From the NCBI GenBank assembly GCA_965644295.1, contig CBFFRP010000355.1, forward strand, positions 1 to 64,000: a stretch of DNA of 64,000 nt, in the 5' to 3' direction. The position numbers and the translations under genes are program-made. This DNA is from Paraphysomonas bandaiensis. Taxonomy: Eukaryota > Protista > Chrysophyceae. Positions 23,293-35,625 of this stretch are shown here, piece after piece. A model generated the notes under the pieces. The model ran no database searches and was not told the DNA's origin. It saw nothing but the letters and a program-made list of their open reading frames with translations. Position 1 is the first letter of the stretch. The number at the start of each line of letters is the position of its first letter.

Positions 23293-26200
23293 ATGTGGAA
23301 ATGCGATGTGTGGAAACAAGTTTTTGATTCAGGTCAGAGTTTGTCACGTCATGAAAGATATTGCTTGCTATCGGAGAATTTTTTACCGAATAGAAAGCGA
23401 AAGACTCCAGCAGATAGTGGTCCTCAGAGCTACATCATTCGTGATGACGACAATAGTGATGATGAGTACAGTGACCATGATGAGGAGGACTCATATATTC
23501 CTACGTACTTATGGCAATATCAAAGAATGGAAGAAGCTTCTCCGACCGGTAATACCGAGTTCCCTATCTTTCATCCTGATTATGATCAACAAGATAAACC
23601 GATTTCTACGTATAAGAAGCTTCAGGAAACATTTCACGACAAATCTTACAGCAGGGATGCATTGAGAGCTTCTAATTTGGAGAATTTTATTGAATCTGTC
23701 AGTAATTCGAGCAATCACAGCGAGTCGGATGTTTTGCTGCTGAAGTTGTATGCATTTGGAAGAATGTGCAAGCTAAGTCGCTCCACAGGAGATGCTCTTC
23801 TCGAATTAATTCGCTCATTTAAACCTCGTAAAGCGCTTCCGAAATCGTGGAAATCGGTTGTGTCGCATTTCAAAAGAGAAACATCACATTACAGATATGC
23901 AGAGAAGTCTGTACCCTGGCCGTCGTCGTGGAAAATGGAGTCTTGGAGTACTTCCGGGCAGAGACCAAAAGAAATCATTGTGCGTGCTAGGGATCCATTG
24001 GAAATGCTTAGTTATCAAGCCGCGAATCCCATAATTCAGTTCTGTTGGAATAAACACATCCATTATGATACATTTTCTATGAAAGATAGGGAAACTGGTG
24101 AGAATTACGTTGGTGATCTCATGTCTTCATCGTGGGCGAAAAATACTGAGCAACTTATATACCAGAATTTCTGTTCTGAGAGAAAGTTAATGCCATGTTT
24201 ATTGTATCATGACGGTGTTGCGATGGGGCATTGTGCTAGTGTAAAAAGTATTCCAGTTTTAGGAACATGTGGAAATTTCAGTGATGAATTGATGCGAAAG
24301 AATTTAGCAAAGTTTTGTTTAGGCTTTGTTCCAGATATTTCAAGCTCAACAAGTACCGAAGTTTTAATTACTCATTTAATGACGTGTGGAATGAGCCGTA
24401 CAAAAGCAGAGAGGGAAGTCAGACTATTTAATTTGCAGTTAGAAAGGCAGTTTTGGAACTTGGTAACAACCCCACTCAAAACTGTTTCGGAACGAGGTGC
24501 AGAAATGTATGTACTTGGAAAGGGTTTAATTATTGTTCATACCTTTTGCCCGTTCAGTATTGGAGATGACCCTGCAATTCATCGGCAGATTGGCTTGTAC
24601 GAAGGAAATTCCCGCTTTGCATGTGTTAATTGTGAGTATCCGCTGAGGGGTGGTGTTATCCGCTGAGGGGTGGTGTTTTTTATAACCCACAGCTTCATCT
24701 CAAGAGAGATGGACATACAATTGCTGAACGCTGTCGAAGTCTAAATAGTGGTCGGCTATCAGACAAGGAAGAGAAGGCTACTCGAAAGTCACTCGATGAT
24801 AAATGCATCATGCCCTTCGTGAACGCCTTTCATCATTCGTTTATGGGCTGCAACAACCATTGTTTTAATAATCCTCAGGACTTGTTTCACCTATTTTGTG
24901 CTGGCATTGCAAAAAGTCTTGTTCTTTGGATTCTTACCATTGTTGATAGCACAAGCAAAACTATGGACCTGACTTTCCACAACAGTAAGGGTGTGCTGGA
25001 TGGTAGACTGATAATGATACCTCAAGTTCCGAATATGCCACATGTAAATTGGACAGTCTTCAAGAAAGGGCTAATGCACATTATCTCTACTAAAAGCAAG
25101 AAAGATAAAGGCCATTCCACTGGTTCTGGAGGCGGATATCGATCAAGCGAATTCATTACGGCACTTATACAGCTTTTTTTTGCGGTAGGTTTTTAAAAAT
25201 TCCACGGTTCGTATCACTTTCCATGAGTTAGATAGGCACAGATGGCCAAGTTTTACCAACAGCTACGAACTACGTATTTTGTTGCAAGAATACGCGGCCC
25301 CGACGCGTTGGTAATTTGACAATGAAAGTTCTACAAGCAATTAAGGCGGTACTGAACGTCTATTTTGAGTGTAAAAGATGCTGTTTCACGAACCCTGATA
25401 TTCTACATGTGGAGCTTATATGCAATGATATGGTTGCAAAGGTTTTGCTAGTGTGGGACTTGAAGCAAACACTTCTTAACAACCAGCCATCATTTCCATT
25501 GATGCGAAAGCTTCATTCTGTTATGCATCTTTCATTTAACATTGCCATGTTTGGAGCCTTATCAAAGGCAGATGCTGGCTCTTGGGAATCGAGCAATCGC
25601 TATTTTACAACCGATAACTGGCGACGCACAAGTAGGAGATATGCTTCCTCAAATGAGGAGATGCTAAAATTATCTATCTGTCAAGATCATTCTCGAGTAC
25701 TGGAGTTTATTGCTGCATGCCACACTCATGACAATGCGTATATAAATTCACTAAAGCCAGAAGTTCCACCTGAAGTTGTTTTAGTATATCCAATGTGTAA
25801 TGTAAAGCATGCAACTCTATGCGTTGGTGCAAATGGCTACTTATTCGCATGTGAAGAAGAGATAGAGTTGAATGATTTCATCGGGCACAAGGAATTAACA
25901 GTTTTTTCTCTAACAGATTTCTGTAGACGAGCTCTGGGTGAACAGAACTGGAACAGCCTATGTCGTGGTGATATATCTCTTAAGCTTATACAAGCTCTCA
26001 CATACCACGCAAACGAAGAGAGTGGTATCGGCAAAGGAAGTCATCATGCAATGAAGAAGACGAGGCGGCGAAAACAACGATTTGATTTTATATTCATTCA
26101 ACTGGAAAATGGAGACAATCAACTGGCCCAAATAGTATCAATGTTACAACTGACATTTGAAAACGACATCAAGTATTTCTATATTGTTCAGTATATGGAA

Positions 26201-26659
26201 CCGTGTGAAGTGAGTAGCCTTGCTTTTTTCCCCAAATACAGATGGGAAGTGCGTTACAATCGCCGACGCCAGCAGATATTTTGCCACGATATTATTGATT
26301 TTGAAAATATTCTTGACACAGCATTTATTATTCCAGATTTTGCTCATGATGTAATTGCTGGAGAGCCGAATACAATAGATAGATTCTGGTATATTCCGAG
26401 GAAATTCTTTGACCGTTGTGGGTGGAATGATTTGGAAAATGCTGACTATAATCAGACCGAAGATATGGAGGTATATATGAACAGGAATGGCTCTGGTGCA
26501 ATAGAAATGCAGCGCAATATTATCCAAGAAAATAACCATGCTGCAAATAACATGATCGATTCTGACACTGATGACTCCTTACTTTCAGAAAACGAAAGTA
26601 CAAGGAGTAGTAGTATATCTAGTGCCAGTGGCTCTGATAGTGAAGGTGACGGTATGTAA
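23293..26659 (+). pseudogene. Plavaka/CMC-type DDE transposase (~1100 aa), one frameshift, 47-bp intron 25185-25231
   Basis: Degenerate N-terminal zinc finger; LYHDG, IGDDPA…CVNC, QDLFHLF (DxxH), KLHSVMH…FG…WESSN; a 20-bp duplication at 24637-24676 breaks the frame. Confidence 0.85.
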
Positions 26660-26799
26660 TTCTATAATTTATATTCCCCTGCTTATTTAAGTGACGTGAA
26701 TAGTCATTATTCACAACTATAGTACAACTTACTGGTAATGGAATTGATTGCTAGCCATATAGGCACAATGCTTTATCCGTCCTAGGTAGATAGGCTATA

Positions 26800-27515
26800 C
26801 TTCTTATAGGTAATGTGGGCTAGCACCTATAGGTATATGACAACTAAGCTATAGGTATTACCTATGGCTGAGGTACCTATACGTATGATGTTATGGTTCC
26901 TATAGGGAATGTGGGCTAGCACCTATAGGTAGATGACAATTAACCTATAGGTAATGCCTGCGACAGAGGTACCTATAGGTATGATGTTATGGTACCTATA
27001 GGTAATACCTACGGCTGAGGTACCTATACGTATGATGTTATGGTTCCTATAGGGAATGTGCGCTAGCACCTATAGGGAGATGACAATTAACCTATAGGTA
27101 ATGCCTAGGGCCGAGATACCTATAGGTAGATGACAACTAACCTATAGGTAATACCTAGGGCTGAGACACCTATAGGTAATGTGGGCTAGCACCTATAAGT
27201 AGATGACAATTAACCTATAGGTATTACCTACGTCTGAGGTACCTATAGGTATGGTGTTATGGCCCCTATAGGGAATGTGGGCTAGCACCTATAGGTAGAT
27301 GACAATTAACCTATAGGTATTACCTACGGTCGAGGTACCTATAGGTATGATTTTATGGTACCTATAGGTGGTGAGACATAGGCACCTACCTATAGGTAGG
27401 GTCGCTAGGAATACCTACAGGTAGGTACCTAATAGGTATGTACCTAATAGGTATGTACCTAATAGGTATGCATGAACTACCTATAGGAAGTTCGAAGTAC
27501 CTATAGGTACCTAAT
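26800..27515. repeat. Right subterminal array of CCTATAGG palindromes at ~22-24 bp spacing
   Basis: Higher-order units such as gtgggctagcACCTATAGGTagatgacaattaACCTATAGGT recur. Confidence 0.93.
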
Positions 27516-27932
27516 ATAGCCCACCGATGCTTGTTCACCTTAACAACTCAAAAATCCTGAAGTTAGCAGATGTCAAGATATATCAACATTCTACTTGTCC
27601 ACTGCGATTGCGTTTTGAGTGATATAGAGCGAAAGTAGTTGCACCTTGGTACTTGCACAGGTTTCTAACGCCTATTGCTAAATAAAAAGACTTTCAATAT
27701 ATGGTACTTGCGGTGATGCACAAGCAGCTTTATCAGAGTTAAGCACTAATAGTAGGATATCAGAGAGTTAACACAAAATTAGTATTTTTTTAATAATAAG
27801 ACATTCACTACTATTACTTCCTTCTCCAGCTCATACTGATCTTATATATCATATATTCCTACACTTTTCTGTGTAGTTGATTTTCTCCTACAAATCATAT
27901 AATATTATATATAGAGAAGTATATCCGTATTT

Positions 27933-28330
27933 TGTTAGAATTGGGCACTTACTGAAGCTAACCTTGTGCTCTGCACGTAAACTTTAACCTTGCTTTGTTG
28001 CACGCAACGTACTTCTTTCAAGTAAGAATTATTATTAATATACGCACTTCACTGTTGAGTTTTTCTGTTTGAGAGCAATTAAAAACTGTAGTTTAAGGTA
28101 TTTGAATTATGACTGTTAATAGAAGAATACAGAAGTAGTGGTTAACTGTATTATTAGAGAACAAATGTCATGATAGCAATCATAGTGAAACTAAAATAGA
28201 TGGACCGTACAAGATCGTAATAATATATATAACAATCCAATATATAATAACATCTGATCTGGCGAACATCTGTTAGTTATAATATATGTACACTTGTCGC
28301 TCGTATATATTACACAACAGTAACTGAATT
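27933..28330 (-). mobile_element. Degraded LTR related to copia family 3, with a nested LTR-like fragment at 28053-~28222
   Basis: Similar to 36801-37035 (aaccttgct…tcaagtaagaa…cacttcact; cagtaactgaattt); the nested piece matches 47637-47810. Confidence 0.6.
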
Positions 28331-29439
28331 TACTTTCGTTTGTGAGTGAACTTCACGGCCTCTAGGTTCTCTAGAACCTTGGCCTGGGCTTCAACGCTGT
28401 CGTCGAACTCTGCTCTAGTCTGACTCGAGGTGTAATCTTCATTGAATTGAACTTTGTAACCTCTGCCGTACTGTATTCTTTCCAACGTTAAGAAATCTCT
28501 CCTTCAGTGCCTGTAGAGAACTACTTTTGGATTGGTATAATATTGCAGACTTCCATATGATGAGGAAGGAGTACATTCCCGGTATTCCAAAGTTTCTTTT
28601 CCTCTTGCGCAGTCGTTTCTCTGTGTATCGGGCATTTGGGATCCCGCTGGAATTGTAGAATCTAGATCATGAAGGTGCCTTGGTTTGTCCTTTGAGAGGA
28701 CTATAGATGCGCTCGGTTGTGTCTAATGAGGAATGAGATATAGAACTTCTTGAAGTTCTTTCCTCTAAGGGACGAGGTACCATTCAGCCCGAGACTACAT
28801 TCATGAAATTTCCATCCGCTGTCATGTTAAATTATACTTGTAGTAGCACAATAATGACTGAATTATATTAGGAGAGGTACAGTGAAATTGTGATGTTGTA
28901 GCACTGTGATGTTGTGGAAACACATCAATCACCAACACCAATATTTTATTCTACAAATAAATAATCGTATATTTTCAGCTTCTTCGTATATACTTAATAA
29001 CTACTCCTATTGTAGTCCAGTAGATTCAGTATTAAATTGCTACATAGAATTCTATAGAATACAGAATAATGCAGTGATAGACTTCAGTAAGCTTCAAGTA
29101 CGTAGCTCTTAATAGTTAAAAATATTGGTGTTGGTGATTAATGTGTTTCTACTGTCACACTACAACAACAAAACTTTACTATCTCCCTTTAATATATATA
29201 ATTCAGAGATACACAGTGCCTTTCAAAGTCATGAATGTCTTATTACTAGCGACACCGCCACATTCCACCACACCATCAACCTCTCAGTACACACATCTAG
29301 TGCTCGGTACACTCAGGACCTTAATACAGAACCCTGTACCTCAGAGCCAGGCGGAACCTTATCCCAAGGGTAGACCCCCGGACAACAGGCGCCAGTGAGT
29401 CCTCAGACACACGAGCAGGGCGAACTCACAAACAACATT

Positions 29440-29780
29440 AAGAACGGAAGTGGTTGCACCTTGGTGCTTGCGGCGACGCACAAGCAGCTTCTGTAGCGCT
29501 AAATAGTAGGATAATAGAATTTGTGCTGATTAGTTATGGGTAGAGGTCTAACTAGTAGATCTAGCATTCAATGAGCCACTATATCGGAACGAGTTTTTAA
29601 CGCCTATTGCTAAATAAAAAGACCTTCAATATATAATTCAGAGATACACAGTGCCTTCCAAAGTCATGAATGTCTTATTACTAGCAATAGGTGTTTAAAG
29701 TCAGAACTAATGTAGCAAATAATTTAAGTAGCAAGTGCTTAACTCTGATATCCTACTATTCGGCGCTACGAAAGCCCAAC
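29440..29780. repeat. Two family R fragments in tail-to-tail orientation
   Basis: 29440-29635 forward, ending cctattgctaaataaaaagaccttc; 29667-29780 reverse. Confidence 0.7.
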
Positions 29781-30156
29781 TTAAATCTCCTATGAATAGA
29801 AACTGTTATACAGTTGTTTTATTTAAATATCTCTATTATCGTGTGAGACAATTTATCTGTGGTCAGCTAATGTCCAACTCAAACAACCCATCAACGTCAG
29901 ATGAGAAGCAACCCTTTCTTCCAGATCGCTTGTACCGTACCGAATTATATTTCTCTGTAGCATGAAAATCAATTATACGCCAAATTCAAGGAGAAAACTA
30001 AAACACCATAGCTTAGTATTTTCCTACACTACCCAACAACAACTTGAATAAAACGATTTCATTGGCAACTACTTCCTGCATGTAAAGGTATAATAATCAC
30101 TGCTGACAGCAGAAAATGTAGCATGCAGCTCTGATTAACTGTAACGAATAGGTTGG

Positions 30157-32548
30157 CTACGCATCGCAAACAGGGTGCTCCGTCAGTCCGTCCACAATCG
30201 TTGAGGCTTCTAACTCCACAGTGTCCGCTTCGGAGTCGACATTCATCGCAATGGCTGTCAAGTTATAGCTTGAGAATACATTCTCAGGGGTGAATGGTGT
30301 AGGCACTGGGCACTTGACAGTATTGTAGTATGGAGAGTCCTTCGGTAACCAGCAACCAAGTTTTGAGGGAAACACTACCATATCCGGTGGAATATTGGTT
30401 AGCTGGGATGTTACACTGCTAGCTCGCAGGGCAAGAAGTTCAAACCTCAACAAATTTAAGACTTCCATAACATGTAAATCTGTGTGGTTGAAGCGATCCA
30501 CATAGGGTATCAGATTGGTTTCTTCATAGGGATCTTCACTGAGGTTGTACAAGAATTCTCCTTCAATTTTATATCTACAAGCTCACTCGTAAAAGTACAT
30601 AACCATGTATTATACAACTTATACCTCGCCCTTGTGGATGCAGCTTGATGCAATCCAGCCCATATGAGGACATTCGGATTGAACATATACTTCCAGGTTT
30701 GATTAAAGGCCTTCTGAATGTACCCTGAGAAAAATCCAACTTTGATAGAAGCTGCATTCACAGGTACTCGGTTACGCTTCAATGGCTTGCCAAGAACAAG
30801 GTTGTCCCAATGGTTGAACCCATCAAAGTGGGTTACAATGTGACGGGTGTCAATATTGGCATAACCCAAAAGTGTGGGAAGTACATCAGAAACATGTATC
30901 AAATCCTTGCGGTGTGATACTAGGGAATAAGGGCTATTCACGCCGTGACCATACCTAATACAAATTGTAGTTAAATATTGTTCACAGTCTTGAACAATCA
31001 GGGAAAGTAACAATACTCACATGAATGCCGGGACATGAATGCCACCCTATGAATTTAGAACAGAGTTAATATAACTTCTCACATACCACTAATTAGATAA
31101 AGCAGATAACATATCTAGCCGTACACCGGAAAATATCAACATATTACAACGCTGAACTCACCTCATACATAGACCCTTTACCCTCTCTGTAGGGTTTGTT
31201 GTTAGAGCCCGCCTGGATTAGTCCCCCGTTGTCAGAAAAGTAAAGAATCAGAGTTGACGACAGCATATCCTTCATATATAGTGCGAGCACAATGCGCAGC
31301 ATGGCGATGTCAATAGAGGCCACCATGCCACACACTTTTTGTCGGAAATATGGCTGATACCCATGTGTGGACTCACTTACTCCATCACATAAGGAGTATA
31401 AGCTTTCTGGGCATTTGACCGGTGCATGCGGAACATTTGGCTGAAAGTTAAGCAAAATCGGTGTCTCGGGGTTATGCTTCATTACCAGCGCTACTGCTTT
31501 GTCTGCTAGTATATCAGTTGAAAAATTTTGTTGGTCAAAATAAGGCATCCCGTTCTCTTGTAAGTCATAACCATTGAAAAATCGGCAGTTGTCAGAAAAT
31601 ATGTCTTGAAAGCCATTTTCTTCAGATCCGCAGCCAACCCCAATATCTTTGGAGAAATGATCATACGCTCCTCCTGTAGCACCATCGCAATGTTAATTCA
31701 AACATATATATAATTACACTGGACTTTAATTTACCAAGGTTACCAAAAAAGTAATCATATCCTCTGGCATTCGGTGTCATGCTCAAGAATTCGTGACCCA
31801 AGTGCCCTATTCACAAATATAAGTGAAGGTCTGTGAAATACGGGTTCCTATTCACTGGTAAACCGGCTAGTCAGCAACACTATCACTCACATTTTCCAAT
31901 AAGGGCAGTAGAGTATCCGGCCTCCTTAAAGTAGTCAGGCATTGTTTTCATATCCAAAGGAAGATTACGCCGCTCTCCTGGTATAATCGGGGCATCCTGA
32001 ATACGCAGTCCGGATTTATGATACGCAGACATACAAGACACAGTACCTGCAAACCAGTTTTTGTTGTATATCTACCAGTCAAGAGACTTGATCTTGTTGG
32101 AGTACAGGTGCACTAAATTTAAATATAAATAGAGGGTAAGGGATGAGCAGCTATAAATTACTTGTACATAAAAGTTGTCAAATTTGATTCCCTTGTCAGC
32201 AAAGAAATCGATCGTTGGTGTCACAAACGTTTCGTCATTGTATCCAATGTCTGACCACCCTTGATCATCGGATAACACGGTAAATATATGCTTCGGGGCA
32301 TTTTTTGTGGCAGATAAAACAGTATCTGTGTGAATGGACTCTAAAATACTCTCTAAAGCTGTTGTTTCTTGTGTTGATCGATGCGCCTTGTGATCAAAAT
32401 ACAGCTGTATGATCTTGCTAGGGTGATTCAAGAGTTCCTCGGCAGTGGATCGAATATGAAACCGGTCACTAGATAACGATGCCAATACAGGACTGAACAG
32501 TAGAGTTAAAAATACCAAACTAGAAGACATTGTATGTTGTGGAGTCAT
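30157..32548 (-). CDS. Arylsulfatase (formylglycine-dependent, ARSB-like), secreted, multi-exon
   Basis: Signal peptide; SDDQGWSDIGY; spliced CTPTRSSLLTGRY (CxPxR); SDNGG; GKGSMYE; HVSDVLPT; LYNLSEDPYE. Confidence 0.93.
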
Positions 32549-32890
32549 AAAAGTAGCTAAATGGCGCTGACTTGGAGGAGTGGAATATGTATTCAAAAAT
32601 GAATTTCCGAAACAGGATAGACAAGGTTCTTAGAGTCTATTATTGTATAGCCTGGTGAAAATGAATACCGGAATACTATGATTTGAACGTTTGGAATTTA
32701 TTTATGAGAGTGTGTGCTCCTTTTTCTTCCTATTGAAGCTGCTGTTGTGCAATTCAATCTCCGTTCTTTTAGTTGAAGATTTCTATGGAAGTGACGTTAC
32801 TGCGACTGTTCGTCGTTGTAGTTCTGAATAGGATGGAATACTCTGTATCTGCTCTATTGGCTGTGTATTCACATAGGAGTAGGAATTCTG

Positions 32891-33015
32891 TGTGGGAATA
32901 TGTCGATCGAGCAAATAAATCCAGGCTTTTTTATGCATGTTGTTTTTTGACGAATATATTTCAGAGAAATAGCGAAAAAAGGTCGATTTTTTTGCTGGAT
33001 CGACATATTCCCACA
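32891..33015. mobile_element. Small fold-back/MITE-like element
   Basis: ~31-bp inverted repeats tgtgggaatatgtcgatc(g/c)agcaaa(t/a)aaatc around a ~60-bp spacer; no clear TSD. Confidence 0.55.
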
Positions 33016-33499
33016 GACAGTTGCCGATTAACAAAACCATGTCCTTCCCTTTTTTCAGTTTGCATTTTCAGTCTTTGTCACTCCATATCTCTACTCATAC
33101 AAAACCATCCACACGTATCAGCATATCCTCAAGTTCATCTTGCTCTGCTCTTCCAAATTCTTGAAATTGTTGTGGGGTTTGAGCTAAATACCGCTCCGTT
33201 TTGTCCCTCACATTTCACCGCTCTTGCAACTGATATTCCACGATCCCAACCAACAGAGACAGACTTCAAGTGATGGGAAATGGTGTGAATGATGCGTATT
33301 GTGAAAGTAGCGACATCTTACAGTTATATATCACCTCCCGTATGCTTCATCATTGTGAATTTCACACTTATAGATCTCTCTGTCACATGTGTACTGCACA
33401 TATACACATCTTAATTACATACATATTACACAAACGTATATATATATGTGTTTATGTCATGTCTCTGTCATATGTATACTGCGCACATAAAGTGTATAT

Positions 33500-33650
33500 C
33501 AGGGCTAGGGAACAATATATTACAATACTATTGTGACATATCTTCCCACCAATACCTAGTTCAATTGCTTTTCAAGAGTCTATTGATACTATTACAATAT
33601 ATTGAGATATATATTACAATATATTGCAATAGTATTAATATATATAAGTA
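33500..33650 (+). mobile_element. Left end of a hAT-like element
   Basis: CAGGGCTAGGGAACAAT start resembles the TIR CAGGGCTATGTAACAAT at 50282 and 43663; followed by CAATATATTG-type subterminal motifs. Confidence 0.55.
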
Positions 33651-33981
33651 GTCCGTAGCTAATTTCCCTAATTACTTACGTTCACTTCATTTCTAGTATA
33701 GTTTTTTAAGAGTGCATGAGCATATCACAAACTGTAATGCCTAACACCATTCAAATACTCGCATTAACACCATATTCACAATCTATGTCTTCAATTCACT
33801 ATTATTTGAAAGATGTGTGCATCAGGCCACAAGTGGCGATTAGCTCTCGAAAATAGAATCATATCAAGAGTATCGGGATGAGTACTTTTGCGCAAGACGG
33901 AGATGATGAGTATAGCTGAGCTGAATAATCTTTCACGTGTATTTGACGTACTGACAACATGACTAGTATACTGTCCCTATA

Positions 33982-34079
33982 GTAGTGAATGTCTGATTAT
34001 TTAGCAATAGGCGTTGAGACCTTGCATCAATTAGTGGCTAGAAGAATGCTAGTCATACTAGTTAGACCACTACTAACTA
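33982..34079 (-). repeat. Short 3'-terminal family R fragment with a 12-bp target duplication
   Basis: ACTGTCCCTATA at 33970-33981 and 34080-34091. Confidence 0.8.
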
Positions 34080-34100
34080 ACTGTCCCTATATCATCTGTA

Positions 34101-35625
34101 TGTTGGAATACGTATGGTTCTCTAAGATAGTACTGTAGAATACGTTAAATACAATGTGAAAAACAGTAATACGTAGTCAATAGTCAAAGGTGCTATATAG
34201 CTATAACTGTGAAACTGAAGTATTATATCATGACGATTCAAGATACGAAAGTTGAGCAGTGGTTGACATGAACGAAATAATTTATCATGTTGTTGACATG
34301 TGTTACATGACAACACACACAATTGTGTATACAATCATAATAAAGTAATCTATCTAGTTTGACTAACTTAAACTTCTCTTACAACGATCTTAATCATCTG
34401 AAAATGGTCATTTGTCAATATGGTAGCGAATGCGGAGGAGAGAAGGAGGATAGAGCTGATGTTCCATGGTTCGACGAGAGCAACGTTGAACAATGGATCG
34501 AAGACTTTGAGACGTTCCTTATGAGAAAGGAGCAGAGTGAGGTGGCTCTAGAAAGGCCACCAGAGGAAGAGGATTTCGGAATTCAACCCCTGAATAGTCT
34601 TGAGACTAAGTCCTACAAAGAAGCGGTGGACAAGTATTGGAAGGCGAATGCAATTGCCTACTCATACTGCAGAGAGGCGGTGAAGCGATCTCCGAAGGCG
34701 CTGCAGAAGTTTCATCTGAAGCACAAGGAGTTCAAGGCAGCTGAAGGAAGAGTTAATAAGTTCAGCGCCAGAGAGATGGTTAGCACTCTTAAATCGTGTT
34801 TTGAAGGAGGAACACAAAACAAGATTAGTGCTCTGCTTGCTCAGTTTGGATCATTCGAGATGAAGCCAGGGGAGACCGCGAAAGAGTATGTACTGCGTTT
34901 TGAGCTGCTTCTTCGTGAACTTCAGGCGCATAACCAAACGGTAACGGAAGAATCAAAAATTAGTAGGCTGAAGGAGGGAATTATCAGTGATGAATATGAC
35001 GGTTTGAATTATGCCCTGTATTTAATGCCCGATGATGTACCATATGAATTGCTATCCAAACGTATCGAACAGTTCGACGACACCAAGTATGGGAGGAAAA
35101 TCATAGAGAAGAAGCGCAAGAGCACGGAGGAGCTGAATCATATTGAAAAGCCTCGAAAGAAAGAGAGAGTATCTACAAAGAGGAAGTGCACTTATTGCTC
35201 GAAGAAAGGTATAATACACAATCATAATACAGAACAATGTAGGAAGAAAAAGGGGGAAACGAAAGGACAAAGACCGGGCAGTAAGGAATATACAGGATGC
35301 AGAGTATGCAAATCCAAAAACCATCGCGCGAACGAATGTCCCCGAAATTCGACTGGAAAGACCAAGAAACCCCAGAAATCTGGGAAGGTTTTCACATTCG
35401 AGAATATCCGCAGAGGAGGAACCGAGTCTGACTCGGAGTCCGAGGCGAATATGCTTTATGACTGCGCTGTTGATATATATGATAAAAGTGACACATGTTG
35501 TATGATTGGTACTGCTGAACACTATACATACATAGATACATGCTGTTCATCGTCTATGTTTTTGATAAATGATCTTCGATGAATCAACTCCATCAGATAG
35601 AGTTATCAGAGGCTCCAAGAAAGGA
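34101..35625 (+). mobile_element. 3'-truncated copia family 2: LTR 34101-34420, PBS 34421-34429, gag and start of protease
   Basis: TGTTGG…CAATA then TGGTAGCGA; Gag homologous to family 1 with two knuckles; YIDTCCSS protease-like motif; stop at 35582. Confidence 0.88.

Larger units (their letters stand above)
20791..27529 (+). mobile_element. CMC (EnSpm/CACTA)-Plavaka-like DNA transposon, 6739 bp
   Basis: 9-bp TIRs CATCGGTGG…CCACCGATG; flanks GTT/CTT; subterminal palindrome arrays; transposase motifs. Confidence 0.88.
20601..27810 (+). repeat. Family R copy interrupted by the CMC/Plavaka element (parts 20601-20790 and 27530-27810)
   Basis: catccgggtt|…|cttgttcacctt rejoins to the uninterrupted sequence seen at ~13400 (reverse complement); ends in agacattcacta. 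Confidence 0.82.

Noticed and set aside
26800-27515. CRISPR or iteron reading of the CCTATAGG arrays
   Set aside because: Symmetric placement inside TIRs explains them as subterminal repeats.
28330-28830. Coding-like remnant next to the degraded LTR (also 12800-13260)
   Set aside because: Multiple stops and no identifiable domain; probably old TE debris.
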